DNA of 64,000 nt from Octopus sinensis. Taxonomy: Eukaryota. The notes under the pieces are model-generated. The model was given only the letters and a program-made list of their open reading frames with translations, was not told the origin of the DNA and made no database searches. Position 1 is the stretch's first letter, and the number at the start of each line of letters is the position of its first letter. A program made the translations under genes and the position numbers. Below are positions 1 to 12,822 of this stretch, piece by piece. The stretch lies in contig NC_043023.1 of NCBI RefSeq assembly GCF_006345805.1, positions 9,176,001-9,240,000 of the forward strand, read 5' to 3'.

Positions 1-346
1 TCGCGGTCATAGGATCGCGGTTTCGATTCCCAGACCGGGCGTTGTGAGTGTTTATTGAGCGAAAACACCTAAAAGCTCCACGAGGCTCCGGCAGGGGATG
101 GTGGTGATCCCTGCTGTACTCTTTCACCACAACTTTCTCTCACTCTTACTTCCTGTTTCTGTTGTACCTGTATTTCAAGGGGCCGGCCTAGTCACTCTCT
201 GTGTCACACTGAATATCCCCGAGAACTACGTTAAGGGTGCACGTGTCTGTGGAGTGCTCAGCCACTTACACGCTAATTTCACGAGCAGGCTGTTCCGTTG
301 ATTCGGATCAATCGGAACCCTCGTCGTCGTAACCGACGGATTGCTT
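1..346 (+). mobile_element. tRNA-derived SINE (type A), 5' end cut by window edge
   Basis: B-box-like GGTTTCGATTCCC at ~19-31; head shared with the copies at 431-730, 3481-3769 and 4354-4652; the body recurs as a fragment at ~2345-2445. Confidence 0.75.
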
Positions 347-430
347 CCACGTTCAATGCGTCATGTACGACATCTATCATGAACAACTATCAATGCGTCA
401 TGTACAGAACTACTATCAACAATCAAACCT

Positions 431-730
431 GTTTGTTCCTTCTCGAGCCATGCCTGGCTTATAAGGGCCGGTTTCCCGGTTTCTTTGGCGTATAGGTTCC
501 CCACCTGGACGGGACACCGGTCCGTCGTAGGTGAGCTGCATGATGCTGGAGGAAAGACTGAGAGAAAGATGTGGCAAAAGAGTCAGCAGAATTTCGCTAC
601 TCTTTTCTGCCGGAACCGCGTGGAGCTTAGTGTTTCGCTCATAAGCATACACATTGTCTGGTCTGAGATTCAACCCGCGTTCCCTCGACCGCGAGTCCGC
701 TGCTCTAACAACTAGGCCACATACCTCCAC
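431..730 (-). mobile_element. tRNA-derived SINE (type B, V-domain-like core)
   Basis: Minus-strand tRNA-like head (GTGGCCTAGTTGTTAGAGCAGCGGACTC...); second copy at 3481-3769. Confidence 0.75.
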
Positions 731-1352
731 CTACCCAATGAACACAGTCAACAATAAGCACAATGCTTTATATCTAATACATCCTATTACACACAGCTAC
801 ACTACACCATGTCTAAATACATATTTTAAATGCATAGTCAACATATCATTTATATTTCGAATAACCATCACCTATAAACATAGTTGTAATACTATTTTGT
901 GCTTTGAACAATGCATTTTATATTTGTGTTAATTTAATGCAGTATTATTTCTTGTTTTCGTTATTTCAGAAATCTATGGAAATTAACGTCTTCCAAGGTT
1001 TTAGTAAACTTGTGCGTTTCTTTAGCTGCCACTTATTTTATCTTTCTTGTTGGGTTCCAAGAATATAGTACAACAATAACAGCTGTTTGTAAGGTAAGTG
1101 AACACATATTTAACATAAAACACGATGGGTCCCGATCGTCGCCGTAAGGCACAGGACTAGAGACAAAAATCGTGGCCCAGATAGATACATTTAATTTACG
1201 GGCGTTTGTTGGGGTCTAATATCACTCAAACGCTCTGATACCCCCCAGAATGCCAGAGGACTAATAGTTCAACTAATGACTTTTGAGATGATGTAAAACT
1301 TGCCCCCATTATATACTAAGAAGTTATTTAAAGTATTTTTTGTGTGCATGGC

Positions 1353-1760
1353 ACTCTTTTACTCTTTTACTTGTTTCAGTCATTTGACTGCGGCCATGTT
1401 GGAGCACCGCCTTTAGTCGAGCAAATCGACCCCGGGACTTATTCATTGTAAGCCCAGTACTTATTCTATCGGTCTCTTTTTGCTAAGTGACGGGGACGTA
1501 AACACACCAGCATCAGTTGTCAAGCAATGCTAGAGGGACAAACATAGACACACAAACATATACACACATACATATATATATATATACATATATACGACAG
1601 GCTTCTTTCAGTTTCCGTCTACCAAATCCACTCACAAGGCTTTGGTCGGCCCGAGGCTATAGTAGAAGACACTTGGCCAAGATGCCACGCAGTGGGACTG
1701 AACCCGGAACCATGTGGTTGGTAGGCAAGCTACTTACCACGCAGCCACTCCTGCGCCTAT
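1353..1760 (-). mobile_element. tRNA-derived SINE (type C) with internal (TA)n/(CA)n tract
   Basis: Minus-strand head ATAGGCGCAGGAGTGGCTGCGTGGTAAG...GGTTCAGTCCC and tail ...TGACTGAAACAAGTAAAAGAGT; multiple copies in window. Confidence 0.8.
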
Positions 1761-2504
1761 TGTCTCATTTTCGTAAAAATATGCTTATCAGTCCATGCTA
1801 TGTAAGTGCAAATCCCTCATTGTGAAAGAAAGTCTACTAAACAGATTTCATCCAGTAAGAGAGCCCATGTTGTGGCTCTTTCCAAATTATTTCCAATATT
1901 TCTATTGATATTACATTTAATCTTTCCGTTGTTCGTTCTTACATTCTTTCATTTGACCAGTGAGGGTGCGTCGCTAAGTGGTTATGTCACTTTGCTCAAG
2001 ATTCTAAATTCGGCCATTCAAGAGTTTGGACCTGGAGATCTCCATTTCCAGCGACTTCGAGGGCCACCTCACAGTGGTGTCGGGCGTCAACGAAGAGCCC
2101 TCGACTACAACAAGACGAACAAAGTTTTTTTTCCTAAGTCCGGGGTCTCCCACCCCTAAGCCCTAGACCATCGCCTAATAACCCTTACCCGTCTTGTTGC
2201 TTAACAACAACAACAACAACAGATTCTAAATTCGTGAGGTCGACGTCGTCAGGAAGACTCTTTATTCCATATTGTCCCCTTCCGCTCAGCTGGCAAAACC
2301 GAATGCTACTTTTACTTTAGAAGGGCCAGCTTTGCCACATTCTGTTCACGTTAAGGGTACCTGTGTCTCTGGAGTCCTCATCCACTTGCATCTTAATTTC
2401 ACGATCAGGATGTTCCGTTCACCGAATCAGCTAGAAGGTGAACCAGTTTTCATTTGATAATGATTAACTGTCTCAGAAATACCAAGAAATGAGTGATAAT
2501 AATA

Positions 2505-2768
2505 TGACGGGCATATGGCGTAGTGGTTAAGAGCACGGGCTACTAACACCAAGATTCCGAATTCGATTCCAGGCAGTGATCTGAATAATAATAATAATAA
2601 TAACAACAACAACAACAACGCTATCGAAAAATACCTTAAGAATGAGAACCCAGGTTCGAGATTTCCCCAAGACACCTGATGAAGGCTGGAGGGTATATCA
2701 GCCGAAATTTTGTGTTAATAACAAACAAGATGAGGAGAAATATCCTTCAAATGTAAATAATGTAAATA
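2505..2768 (+). mobile_element. tRNA-headed SINE-like element with (AAT/AAC)n spacer and hammerhead-bearing tail
   Basis: A-box TGGCGTAGTGG (~2516), B-box-like AATTCGATTCC (~2560), tail ending in TGTAAATAA repeats. Confidence 0.7.
2671..2716 (+). ncRNA. minimal type-I hammerhead ribozyme fold (degenerate stem III)
   Basis: GACAC(2671-75)-CTGATGA-A-GGCTG[GAGGGTATAT]CAGCC-GAAA-TTTT-GTGTT(2712-16): stem I GACAC/GTGTT, stem II GGCTG/CAGCC, intact core CUGAUGA and GAAA. Confidence 0.65.
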
Positions 2769-3480
2769 ACTTTTATTTCGTCAAACTGTAATTTTGTAAG
2801 ACATCTTCCACCCATCCGCTCGCCTTTATATAAAGTGTTAGCGCACCCCATATGTCTATGCTAGATTCCTGTTCAACATTCTTCGAATTTTTTTTTATCC
2901 CTTCGAGCCTTTCTATCTAATCAGGCAATTTTTAGGAAGAAGGGATTCAGTCGATATCATCGATCTTTATACTTGACTGTTCCTTTCGTTTATCGACCCC
3001 AAGAGGGATGAAAGTAAAGGTTGAACCTTGTCATCCACTCAGGAGTCGATGAATTAAAGTAACAACCGAGTATTGAGATCGATAGTATCGATTAACCTCG
3101 CTCTCTCTAATACTTGCTCAACTCGTCACAGAATCGTTAGCACGCCGGACAAAATGCTTGGCGGCATTTCGTCCGTCTTTACTTTCTGAGATCGAATTCC
3201 ACCTTTCACATTTCGAGATCGATAAAATAAGTACCAGCTGAGCACTTTGGTCAAAGTATTCGACTAAGACATTCCACCAAAATTTCAGGCCTCGTGTCTG
3301 TAGAAGAAATAATTATTATTGATATTATCACGATGTAATGATGAAGGCGGCGATCTAGCAGAAAAGTTAACGAGGCGGATAAAATTCTTTGCAACACTTC
3401 GTCCGTCTTTTCATTCTGAATTCATATTCCACAAAGGTCGATATTGCCTTTAATACTTTCGTGGTCAATTAAGTAAGTTT

Positions 3481-3769
3481 TTTTGTTCCTTCTCGAGCCA
3501 TGGCTGGCACATAATGGCCGGTTTCCCGGATTCCTTGGCGTATAGATTCCTCACCTGGACAGGACGCCAGTCCGTCGCAGGTGAGCTGCAAGATGCAGGA
3601 GGAAAGAGTGAGAAAAAGTTGTGGCGAAAGAGTCAGCAGAAGTTCGCCATTACCTTCTGCCGGAACCGTGGTTCGCTCATAGACACACACATCGCCCGGT
3701 CTGAGATTCGAACCCGCGATCCCTCGACTACGAGTCCGCTGCTCTAAACATTAGGCCATGTACCTCCAC
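3481..3769 (-). mobile_element. tRNA-derived SINE (type B, V-domain-like core)
   Basis: Homologous to 431-730; contains minus-strand CCTGCGACGGACTGGCGTCCTGTCCAGG. Confidence 0.75.
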
Positions 3770-4029
3770 TAAAGCCTAACCACGGGCGCCGAGGGAAGTT
3801 CCGAAGAATATGAAAAGTAAGTATAATTTGGTCTCTCTTATTCCTGCCACCAACAAAAACGATATTGTCATAATGGGGATAGTCACTAACAACACTTACA
3901 CCAACACCATCGCTAGGTACATCGCCACTCTTAGGATAGACATCATCATACATATCAACTCCACTGTCATCATCATCATCATCGCAAGTATGTATTCCGT
4001 GTGTATGTGTGCGCGTGTATATACATATT

Positions 4030-4353
<324 letters not shown>

Positions 4354-4360
<7 letters not shown>

Positions 4361-4652
4361 ATCACGTAACCGACCAGGCTATCAGATGTTGCTCGACATC
4401 GCTGGTCACAATGCGCTTCGCATTGTTTTAGCCTTCAAATAACGCCACCCCGTTGGCTAAGCGAGCAGGCCAACAGAAGAAAGATCGAGAGAAAGTTGTG
4501 GCGAAAGAGTACAGCAAGGATCGCCATCACCCCCTGCCGGAGCCTCGTGGAACTTTAGGTGTTTTCGCTCAATAAACACACACAACGTCCGGTCTGGGAA
4601 TCGAAACCTCGATCCTCCGACCTTGAGTCCGCTGCCCTAATCACTAGGCCAA
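4354..4652 (-). mobile_element. tRNA-derived SINE (type A head, different tail)
   Basis: Reverse complement of the head at 1-150 joined to an unrelated 3' body. Confidence 0.7.
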
Positions 4653-5492
4653 TCTTCGGCAGTAACAAGTTTTCACTTCTAAAGATCAGTTTATGACAAA
4701 TGTCACCGTGTGAAAAATTTGGCGAAAGTACACCATCCATTTTCAGTGCTTTCCTTTTTTCAGAATATTTTTTCGGATTTCTGTTTTCCATATAGGAGAA
4801 TACGATTTTACCCCCAAATCACGATTTCAAATCTTTGTCTTCCTACCCCTCACCCCAATTTCTTAATTTTTAACTTTCTTACGATGTTTTTTTTTATCCA
4901 CGTCAAAAGCTACAGAGATCAAGAATCTAAGAACTTTTTTTTTTTACTTTTAATATTTCTTTCAGAAACATCCAAAGCTTTTCCCATTCCATCCCCATCA
5001 CATACCCATCACGTCCCCGCTCAAAAGAATAACTCAGAACGCTTCACTTTCGATTAATGTTTCACGCATGCGTAGAATTCTACTGAAACAACGCATGTCA
5101 AAAATATCAGACCACCACCGGAATCCCGACATGCTAGAAACAACAGCTAAACGACATTATTTCTGGAAAAAACATCCCCGCTTTCAAAAGAGCTAAAAGT
5201 AAAATGTTCCAAAAAAGTTAAAAATTAAAAATTTATTGGTGGGGAGGTTTATGGTTATTAACATTTTGAAAACGTGTTTTGGGGGCAAAATCTTAATCTC
5301 CTATATCAAAAGCGGGAAAAATATGAGGGGTGGGAAGAAGTAAAATTTCTAAATACACTCATCACAAATATGAATTGCAAAGTTATAAAATATCATTTAA
5401 ATCGAAGTTGAGCTGTAATTTTATAATTCATTCTGAATTTTACCGTGTGTGTGTGTGTGTGTTTGTGAGCGCACTAAATAATTTTTTTGTAC

Positions 5493-5658
5493 ATAGGCGC
5501 AGGAGTGGCTGTGTGGTAAGTAGCTTGTTTACCAACCACATGGTTCTGGGTTCAGTCCCACTGCGTGGCACCTGGGCAAGTGTCTTCTGTTATAGCCTCG
5601 GGCCGACAAAGCCTTGTGAGTGGATTTGGTAGATGGAAACTGAAAGAAGCTCGTCGTA

Positions 5659-5728
<70 letters not shown>

Positions 5729-5960
5729 TGTGTGTGTTTGTGTGTCTGTGTTTGTCCCCCTAGCATTGTTTAACAACCGATGCTGGCGTGTTTATGTCCC
5801 CGTTACTTAGCGGTTCGGCAAAAAGAGACCGATAGAATAAGTACTGGGCTTACAAAAAGAATAAGTCCCGGGGTCGAGTTGCTCGATCAAAGGCGGTGCT
5901 CCAGCATGGCCGCAGTCAAATGACTGAAACAAGTAAAAGAAAAGAATAAAAGAAAAGAAT
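5493..5960 (+). mobile_element. tRNA-derived SINE (type C), full length
   Basis: ATAGGCGCAGGAGTGGCTGTGTGGTAAG head, GGTTCAGTCCC B-box, internal (TA)n, tail ...CAAGTAAAAGA. Confidence 0.8.
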
Positions 5961-7164
5961 ATCTTTCTGAATTTCAAAAGAAGAAAAACTCACGGACTCC
6001 AGCCATGACTGCGAAGCCGCAAACAACTCTGCACGCGTATCTTTTGCGTTGAACACGCAAGTAAAACATTTATGAAAATGTACACATAAATAAGTTATGT
6101 TTGCGACTATCTATATGATTGATAGAAAGTTTGTGTAAAATGAAATTAAATCCAGGTTTAGTGTTTAGACACAGATCGATCAAGTTAGTAAAGATTTAAC
6201 CGTTATGTGACAGCATTGGTAAAACAGTCCTAAGTGACAAAACAGTTGATTACCGACGGAAACTTTGGAAATTGTGATGATAAACAAATGTTTTCAACAA
6301 CTCCTCACCACCACAAAAAATAATTACTCTTCTAAAAAGATTGACATTTTCACTTTGTATCACATTTTCATTAGAATGTATGAAGACATTGTGTCAGGAA
6401 TTATTGAGTTTAAAACTTAATATTTGATATAGTTTTCTCATTATGTTTCCAGGTTCAAATTCCGAGCACGAAATAAGACGTACAGTAGCAGAAACGAACT
6501 TATGAAGGAAAATCAAGAAAATGTGTCCAAGAGTATTCTCTGATTATATTTTACGTCAAAAAACTAAATGTTCTTATATTACAATTAAACTCCGTAAATA
6601 TATTCTAGCGCAAATTTCATATTTACTATTTTTTGCTTTATATATATAATAAATTATTAAATAAATCAAACATATGCATATATACAAACATATATGTACG
6701 TACCTACCTCTACATGTATATATACATGTATATATGGGTACAGGACACCAAAAAACGTTGAACACAATGAGAAACGAAAACATAAACACAAAACCAAGGA
6801 AATGGACATTTTTCTTAAACAACGAAAAAAAGTACAGGACATACAAGACAAGGAAAATTCCCCCACTTCAGTCGCCTTTGTTTCATCTACTCCACGTTTC
6901 GAAGGTCAAGGTGGTACATGACTTTAATGAAACAATCCTTCCCGTGAAAATCAAATTAAATAAAATTTGAAATTGTTTTTGTGGAGGGGTAAAAATGGTA
7001 ACAAAAACAGGAGAGTAACGACAGTACAAAATATAAACAGTAAAAGACAGGACAAGGAGAATAACAGTAACACAAACAAGAAGGGCTCTTAAGCCGAACG
7101 AGATAAAAATTTTTACGAACGCTATTTTTTGAGAACGGCAAGAAGCAACAGAAAGTGCCGTCTC

Positions 7165-7303
<139 letters not shown>

Positions 7304-7676
7304 TCGTGTGTGTGTGCAGGCATATGTGTGCATGTGTATATTTGTGTGTGCGTGTATATTCAAGAGTCACCTTGTATTATGTTTCCTTCTATTTTCTTCT
7401 TATATTGCATCAAACATACATTTACATAACGTAGCGTTATTTTTGCCTATTGATACAACGCTGCGCAACTAAGAGACTCTATAATGTAATTTTAAACCAG
7501 GCTACGTACCTGACGAGTGGCCGAAAGGCAAAGATCTGAAAATCTTCCCGCAATTTAAAATCTTTCCATATTTTCTAATTGTAAATTTCACTATTGACTT
7601 CTTTTTCAATGTAATATTTAAATTCTTCTGAATAAAGTCGTATGTTACTTATACTTTATGGAAATTCAGCTTAATC

Positions 7677-7722
<46 letters not shown>

Positions 7723-7763
7723 TATAATAATAATAATAATAACAATAACAATAATAATAATAA

Positions 7764-8124
7764 GATGTATCAATACCGGCAGATGACAACGTGTCTCTAA
7801 AAGAAATGGAGAAACTCTCAAAATACAAAGACCTGGAAATAGAGGTAACTAGAATGTGGAATCTGAAAACAGAAACAATTCCTATCATAGTAGGTGCATT
7901 AGGCATGATAAAAAAATATTCAGACAAATACATAACAAAAACACCAGGACTTACAAACACATATAACATACAGAAAATTGCACTACTAGGCACTGCACAC
8001 ATCCTACGCAGAACACTTTCCATACAATAACCATCAGAGCATCACAACAAATCACAGCACATACCCAAGGCACACAGAGCTGCGCTCGGTAGTGAAGTGA
8101 AAGCACGCTATAAAAATAAAACTA

Positions 8125-8127
<3 letters not shown>
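7764..8127 (+). mobile_element. R4/Dong-clade non-LTR retrotransposon, 5'-truncated 3' end (family A)
   Basis: DVSIP...KLSKYKDLEIEVTRMW...PIIVGALG (C-terminal restriction-like endonuclease), 3' UTR running into (TAA)n. Confidence 0.8.
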
Positions 8128-8196
<69 letters not shown>

Positions 8197-8197
<1 letters not shown>

Positions 8198-8814
8198 TAC
8201 CAAAAACGTGTAATGAAAAGAAATATAACAAGTAACTGCAGAATATGTGGAGATGGACAAGAGACAATAAATCATATTATCTCTGGCTGCCCAGTCCTGG
8301 CTAAGAAGGAATATATTCACAGACACGACAGAGTTGGGACCTACATACACCGGAAGCTATGCCAACATTATGGAATAACAACAGAAAAAAGATGGTATAG
8401 GCACACACCAGAAAAGGTCACAGAAAACGAGAAGGCAACCATACTCTGGGATATGCCGATACACACAGATAGAGAAATTAAGGCCAACAGACCAGATATA
8501 GTTGTCAGAGATCATGAAGAAAAAAATGCTTTCTAATTGATGTATCAATACCAGTAGATGACAACGTGTCTCTAAAAGAAATGGAGAAACAAAGACCTGG
8601 AAATAGAGGTAACCAGAATGTGGAATGTAAAAACAGAAACACTTCCTATCATGGTAGGTGCATTAGGCATGATAAAAAAATATTCAGACAAATACATAAC
8701 AAAAACACCAGGACTTACAAACACATATGACATACAGAAAATTGCACTGCTAGGCACTGCACATATCCTACGCAGAACACTTTCCATACAGTAACCATCA
8801 GAGCATCACAACAA
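8197..8814 (+). pseudogene. R4/Dong-clade fragment (family A): CCHC zinc knuckle + RLE endonuclease, frameshifted
   Basis: CRICGDGQETINHIISGC...RHDRV...ILWDMPIHTDREIKANRPDIV; frameshift at A-run ~8520; 11-bp deletion relative to 7764-8127. Confidence 0.85.
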
Positions 8815-8825
8815 ATAATAATATT

Positions 8826-9677
<852 letters not shown>

Positions 9678-9884
9678 TGATAATAAAATCAGATATAATA
9701 AAAATCAGTCTTAAAATACTTATGTCTTTGGAAAAGCCAAGATATTTCGTACATTGTTCTCATTATATTTTATCGCGACTATTGACATGCTGGAGCATGC
9801 ATAGAGGGAATTTCGTCAAACGAATCGACGGCAGAAAAAAATTAGTCTGGTACTTATTCTATCTAATTTGCGGGGTCGTGAATA

Positions 9885-10255
9885 TACCAACACTGATTGT
9901 GAAAGTCTGGTCGGGGGACATACGCAAGCCTCATAGAAGTTCGAGGTCATCCACCCGAGGTGCTTGCACAAGATTCCTGGTATCACCTGGCAAGAAAATG
10001 TAACCAATACAAAAGTTTTGAGATAAGCAACAATTCCGAGTATGACAATAATTCTGTACAAAAGGAGAATGATATGGCGTGACGTACATGGATGAGAAAA
10101 ACATCTTAATCAGTTGTTATATAAGCTTGCTCACAGGAGGAGATTCAGAGGTCGACCGAAGCTGAGATTGAAGGACATAAGTAAGAGCAGCCTGAACACG
10201 TTCGACATCGAGACAAAGACAGAACAGCAAGGAAAACCTCAGTGGATAAAAGAGT
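9885..10255 (+). pseudogene. degenerate RTE-clade LINE fragment (post-RT thumb region)
   Basis: Broken reading frames give KILGITWQENVTNTKV-like ... RGRPKLR motifs typical of the RTE C-terminal region. Confidence 0.55.
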
Positions 10256-10293
10256 CCAACAGCTCGAGAAATAAATAAAATACTTATTTCTTT

Positions 10294-10700
10294 ATTACCC
10301 ACAAGGGGCTAAAAATGGAAGGGACAAACAAGGACAGGCAGAGGTATTAAGTCGATTACATCGATCCCAGTGCGTAACTGGTACTTAATTTATCGACCCC
10401 GAAAGGATGAAAGGCAATGTTGACCTCGGCAGAGTTTGAACTCAGAACGTAACGGCAGACGAAATACCTGTTTCTTTACTACCCACAAGGGGCTAAAAAT
10501 GGAAGGGACAAACAAGGACAGGCATTGGTATTAAGTCGATTACATCGATCCCAGTGCGTAACTGGTACTAAATTTATCGACCCCGAAATGATGAAAGGTA
10601 AAGACGACCTCGGGAATTTGAACTCAGAACGTAACGACAGACGAAATACGGCTACGCATTTCACCCGGCGTGCTAACGTTTCTGCCAGCTCGCCGCCTTC
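10294..10700 (-). mobile_element. tRNA-derived SINE (type D) with tandem ~185-bp duplication of its 3' part
   Basis: Minus head GGCGGCGAGCTGGCAGAAACGTTAGCACGCCGGG; TTACCCACAAGGGGCTAAAAATGG... occurs at ~10294 and ~10479. Confidence 0.7.
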
Positions 10701-11087
10701 GAAAGAAATAAAAAACTGACCCTCGAAGAAAAACAAAACGGAAAGAAAGACAACACACATCAGCCCTGCATCACCTTACTTGATTTCAGATTTTGCAGCT
10801 GTTTCCGTTTCCGGGTCTGTTCCGTTAACTTACGGGTCGGACCACGTCGTTGTATTTACCCGGTGCATATCGCCACAGACTCCCGGCGACTGACGGGATC
10901 GGTCGCGGCTACGTCCACGTGTACGTGGGCGATACCGCGAGCTTCGATTCGTTCTTACAAGATCGGGCACGGTAGCGCGGCGGAGCTCTGGGCGACTGGC
11001 GCAGGCCTGGCGCAACCCTGCCGCTGGCGGCGTCCCCTACCTATACTAGCCGCAGTTGTCATCAAACATAAGAAGGATGAGGCATGA

Positions 11088-11430
11088 GAGTTAAGTTAAT
11101 TTTTTGGCTCAAAAAGCAAAAAGCAAGGCCAGTTAGGGGACATGGAGTTATGTACAGGGAGAGTGTTCATGCAAAGAGTTCAGGCCATTTCTGGTCAAGA
11201 GAGACTTTGAACCGAGCGGTCGTTGGCATCTTCACTATCTCGCCCGGCAGCTTATTCCACCGATCCGCAACCCGGACGAAGAAAGCCCCTCTCCTTCGAT
11301 TGAGATGAAATCGTCGCAGATAGAGCTTTTCGGAGTGACCCCGCAGCCGACGCTCTGGAGCAGGAGTGAAGAACAGCTCTTTCGAGAGGTTACACTTTCC
11401 GCTTATGATGTTGTGAGCGAGATTGAGAGA
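11088..11430 (-). mobile_element. CR1-clade LINE 3' fragment
   Basis: Reverse complement of 23800-24140; encodes LRGHSEKLYLRRFHLNRRRG.F..RV...WNKLP; TTAAC tail repeats. Confidence 0.8.
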
Positions 11431-11598
11431 AGCTGAAGAGGGAAAACTGAGTACTTATTAAGACACACTGCTTTGCTTAGAGCCTCGCTCAAGACGTAAA
11501 GAGCCATGTATAGACAGAAAGACCGACAAGCAGGCAAGAAGTAGGCAGAGACACAGAAAGTGAGGGGCAGATAAATTGTTAGATAATTAGATAGGTAA

Positions 11599-11603
<5 letters not shown>

Positions 11604-11656
<53 letters not shown>

Positions 11657-11857
11657 GAGGTGGGACAGGGATTCAGAGAACGAAAGAGACAGATATATAA
11701 ATACTTAGAAGATAGATAGACAGAAAGACAGACAGAAAGATAGATAGATAGATAGATACATACATACATACATACATAGTATGTAAGCATAGAGATAGAT
11801 AGATAGATAGATAGATAGACAGATACATACATTCATACGTACATAGAAAGATAGATG

Positions 11858-11903
<46 letters not shown>

Positions 11904-11968
11904 CAGACAGATAGATAGATGGATAGATAGATAGATGGATAGATAGATAGATGGATAGATAGATAGAT
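11604..11968. repeat. (GA)n then (GATA)n/(CATA)n microsatellite array
   Basis: Directly visible; abuts the 3' end of Tx1 copy 1. Confidence 0.95.
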
Positions 11969-12098
11969 AACTTTTTATTGTAGCCACACAGGGCTAAACA
12001 CAGAATAAAAATGGACGAAATAAAATGTAGAATTTTTCTTTTCGAGGTGGGATGGGTGGGGCACACAAAAAAAAACGTTTGATTGGTGTATAAAAAAG

Positions 12099-12133
<35 letters not shown>

Positions 12134-12249
12134 TCACAGTTTAGGTGTAGCCTTGGAAAGAAAAACCTACAAAAAAGACCAAAGTAACCTCAGACAGTTA
12201 GAAAATGAACACATTAGTAAGTCGCCTTACTTGTCGCTGTCTCTTTTGG

Positions 12250-12785
12250 TTACAGATTTATGCTTAAAATAGTGTCGTCTTTCATACTGACCATTTTTGC
12301 CACTTTTACCCACTTTTTATTAAAACATTCGTTCGACAAAGCCTTCCTCTCTATTCTCATCCTCCTTTTCAAGTGGTACTTGAAAAAGTTGACGAGAGAC
12401 TGACCAGAGAGGAAGTGTTTGTTTGCAGTCCTTTCAAACGCGTCCACCACACACATTCTTTCGCCATAGCCATCAGCGTAACGAAAACCGTTTTCCCTTC
12501 CCGTTAAAGGAAGGTGGTGGAACAACACTCACGATAGACTCGGCCGATAGGCGGGCCCGACCTACACGTGACAACAGCTCTTCGACGAAGGTCCACAGCT
12601 CTGAAATATCTGGACACTGCACGAGTGCGTGCAGAACGGTTTCGTCGCTCTGACCGCATCTCGGGCAGGTCGGTCTGGTGATGGTTTTCGAACCGTGTCT
12701 GTAGCTCTTCTCTCGAACAGGTAGTGCGTCTCGATAGCACTGCCAAGCCAGGGATTTCTGGAAGTTATCCATAGGCCCCATCCAC
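12250..12785 (-). pseudogene. ORF2 C-terminal remnant (CxxC...HxxxxC zinc motif)
   Basis: GPMDNFQKSLAWQCYRDALPVR...CPRCGQSDETVLHALVQCP; homologous to the ends of copies 2-4. Confidence 0.85.
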
Positions 12786-12822
12786 ACACTACATTGGAAG
12801 AGACAAGAGGCAAGAGGGAAGG

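Noticed and set aside
2505-2580. tRNA gene (also the other SINE heads)
   Set aside because: A/B boxes are present but there is no complete cloverleaf or acceptor stem; each continues into a SINE body.
6880-6930. Hammerhead half-motif (minus-strand CCTTCGAAACGT)
   Set aside because: No upstream CUGANGA core or stem I.
10840-10975. GIY-YIG-like GAY...YVGDT pattern
   Set aside because: The spacing is too long, downstream R/H/E/N residues are absent, and stops flank it.
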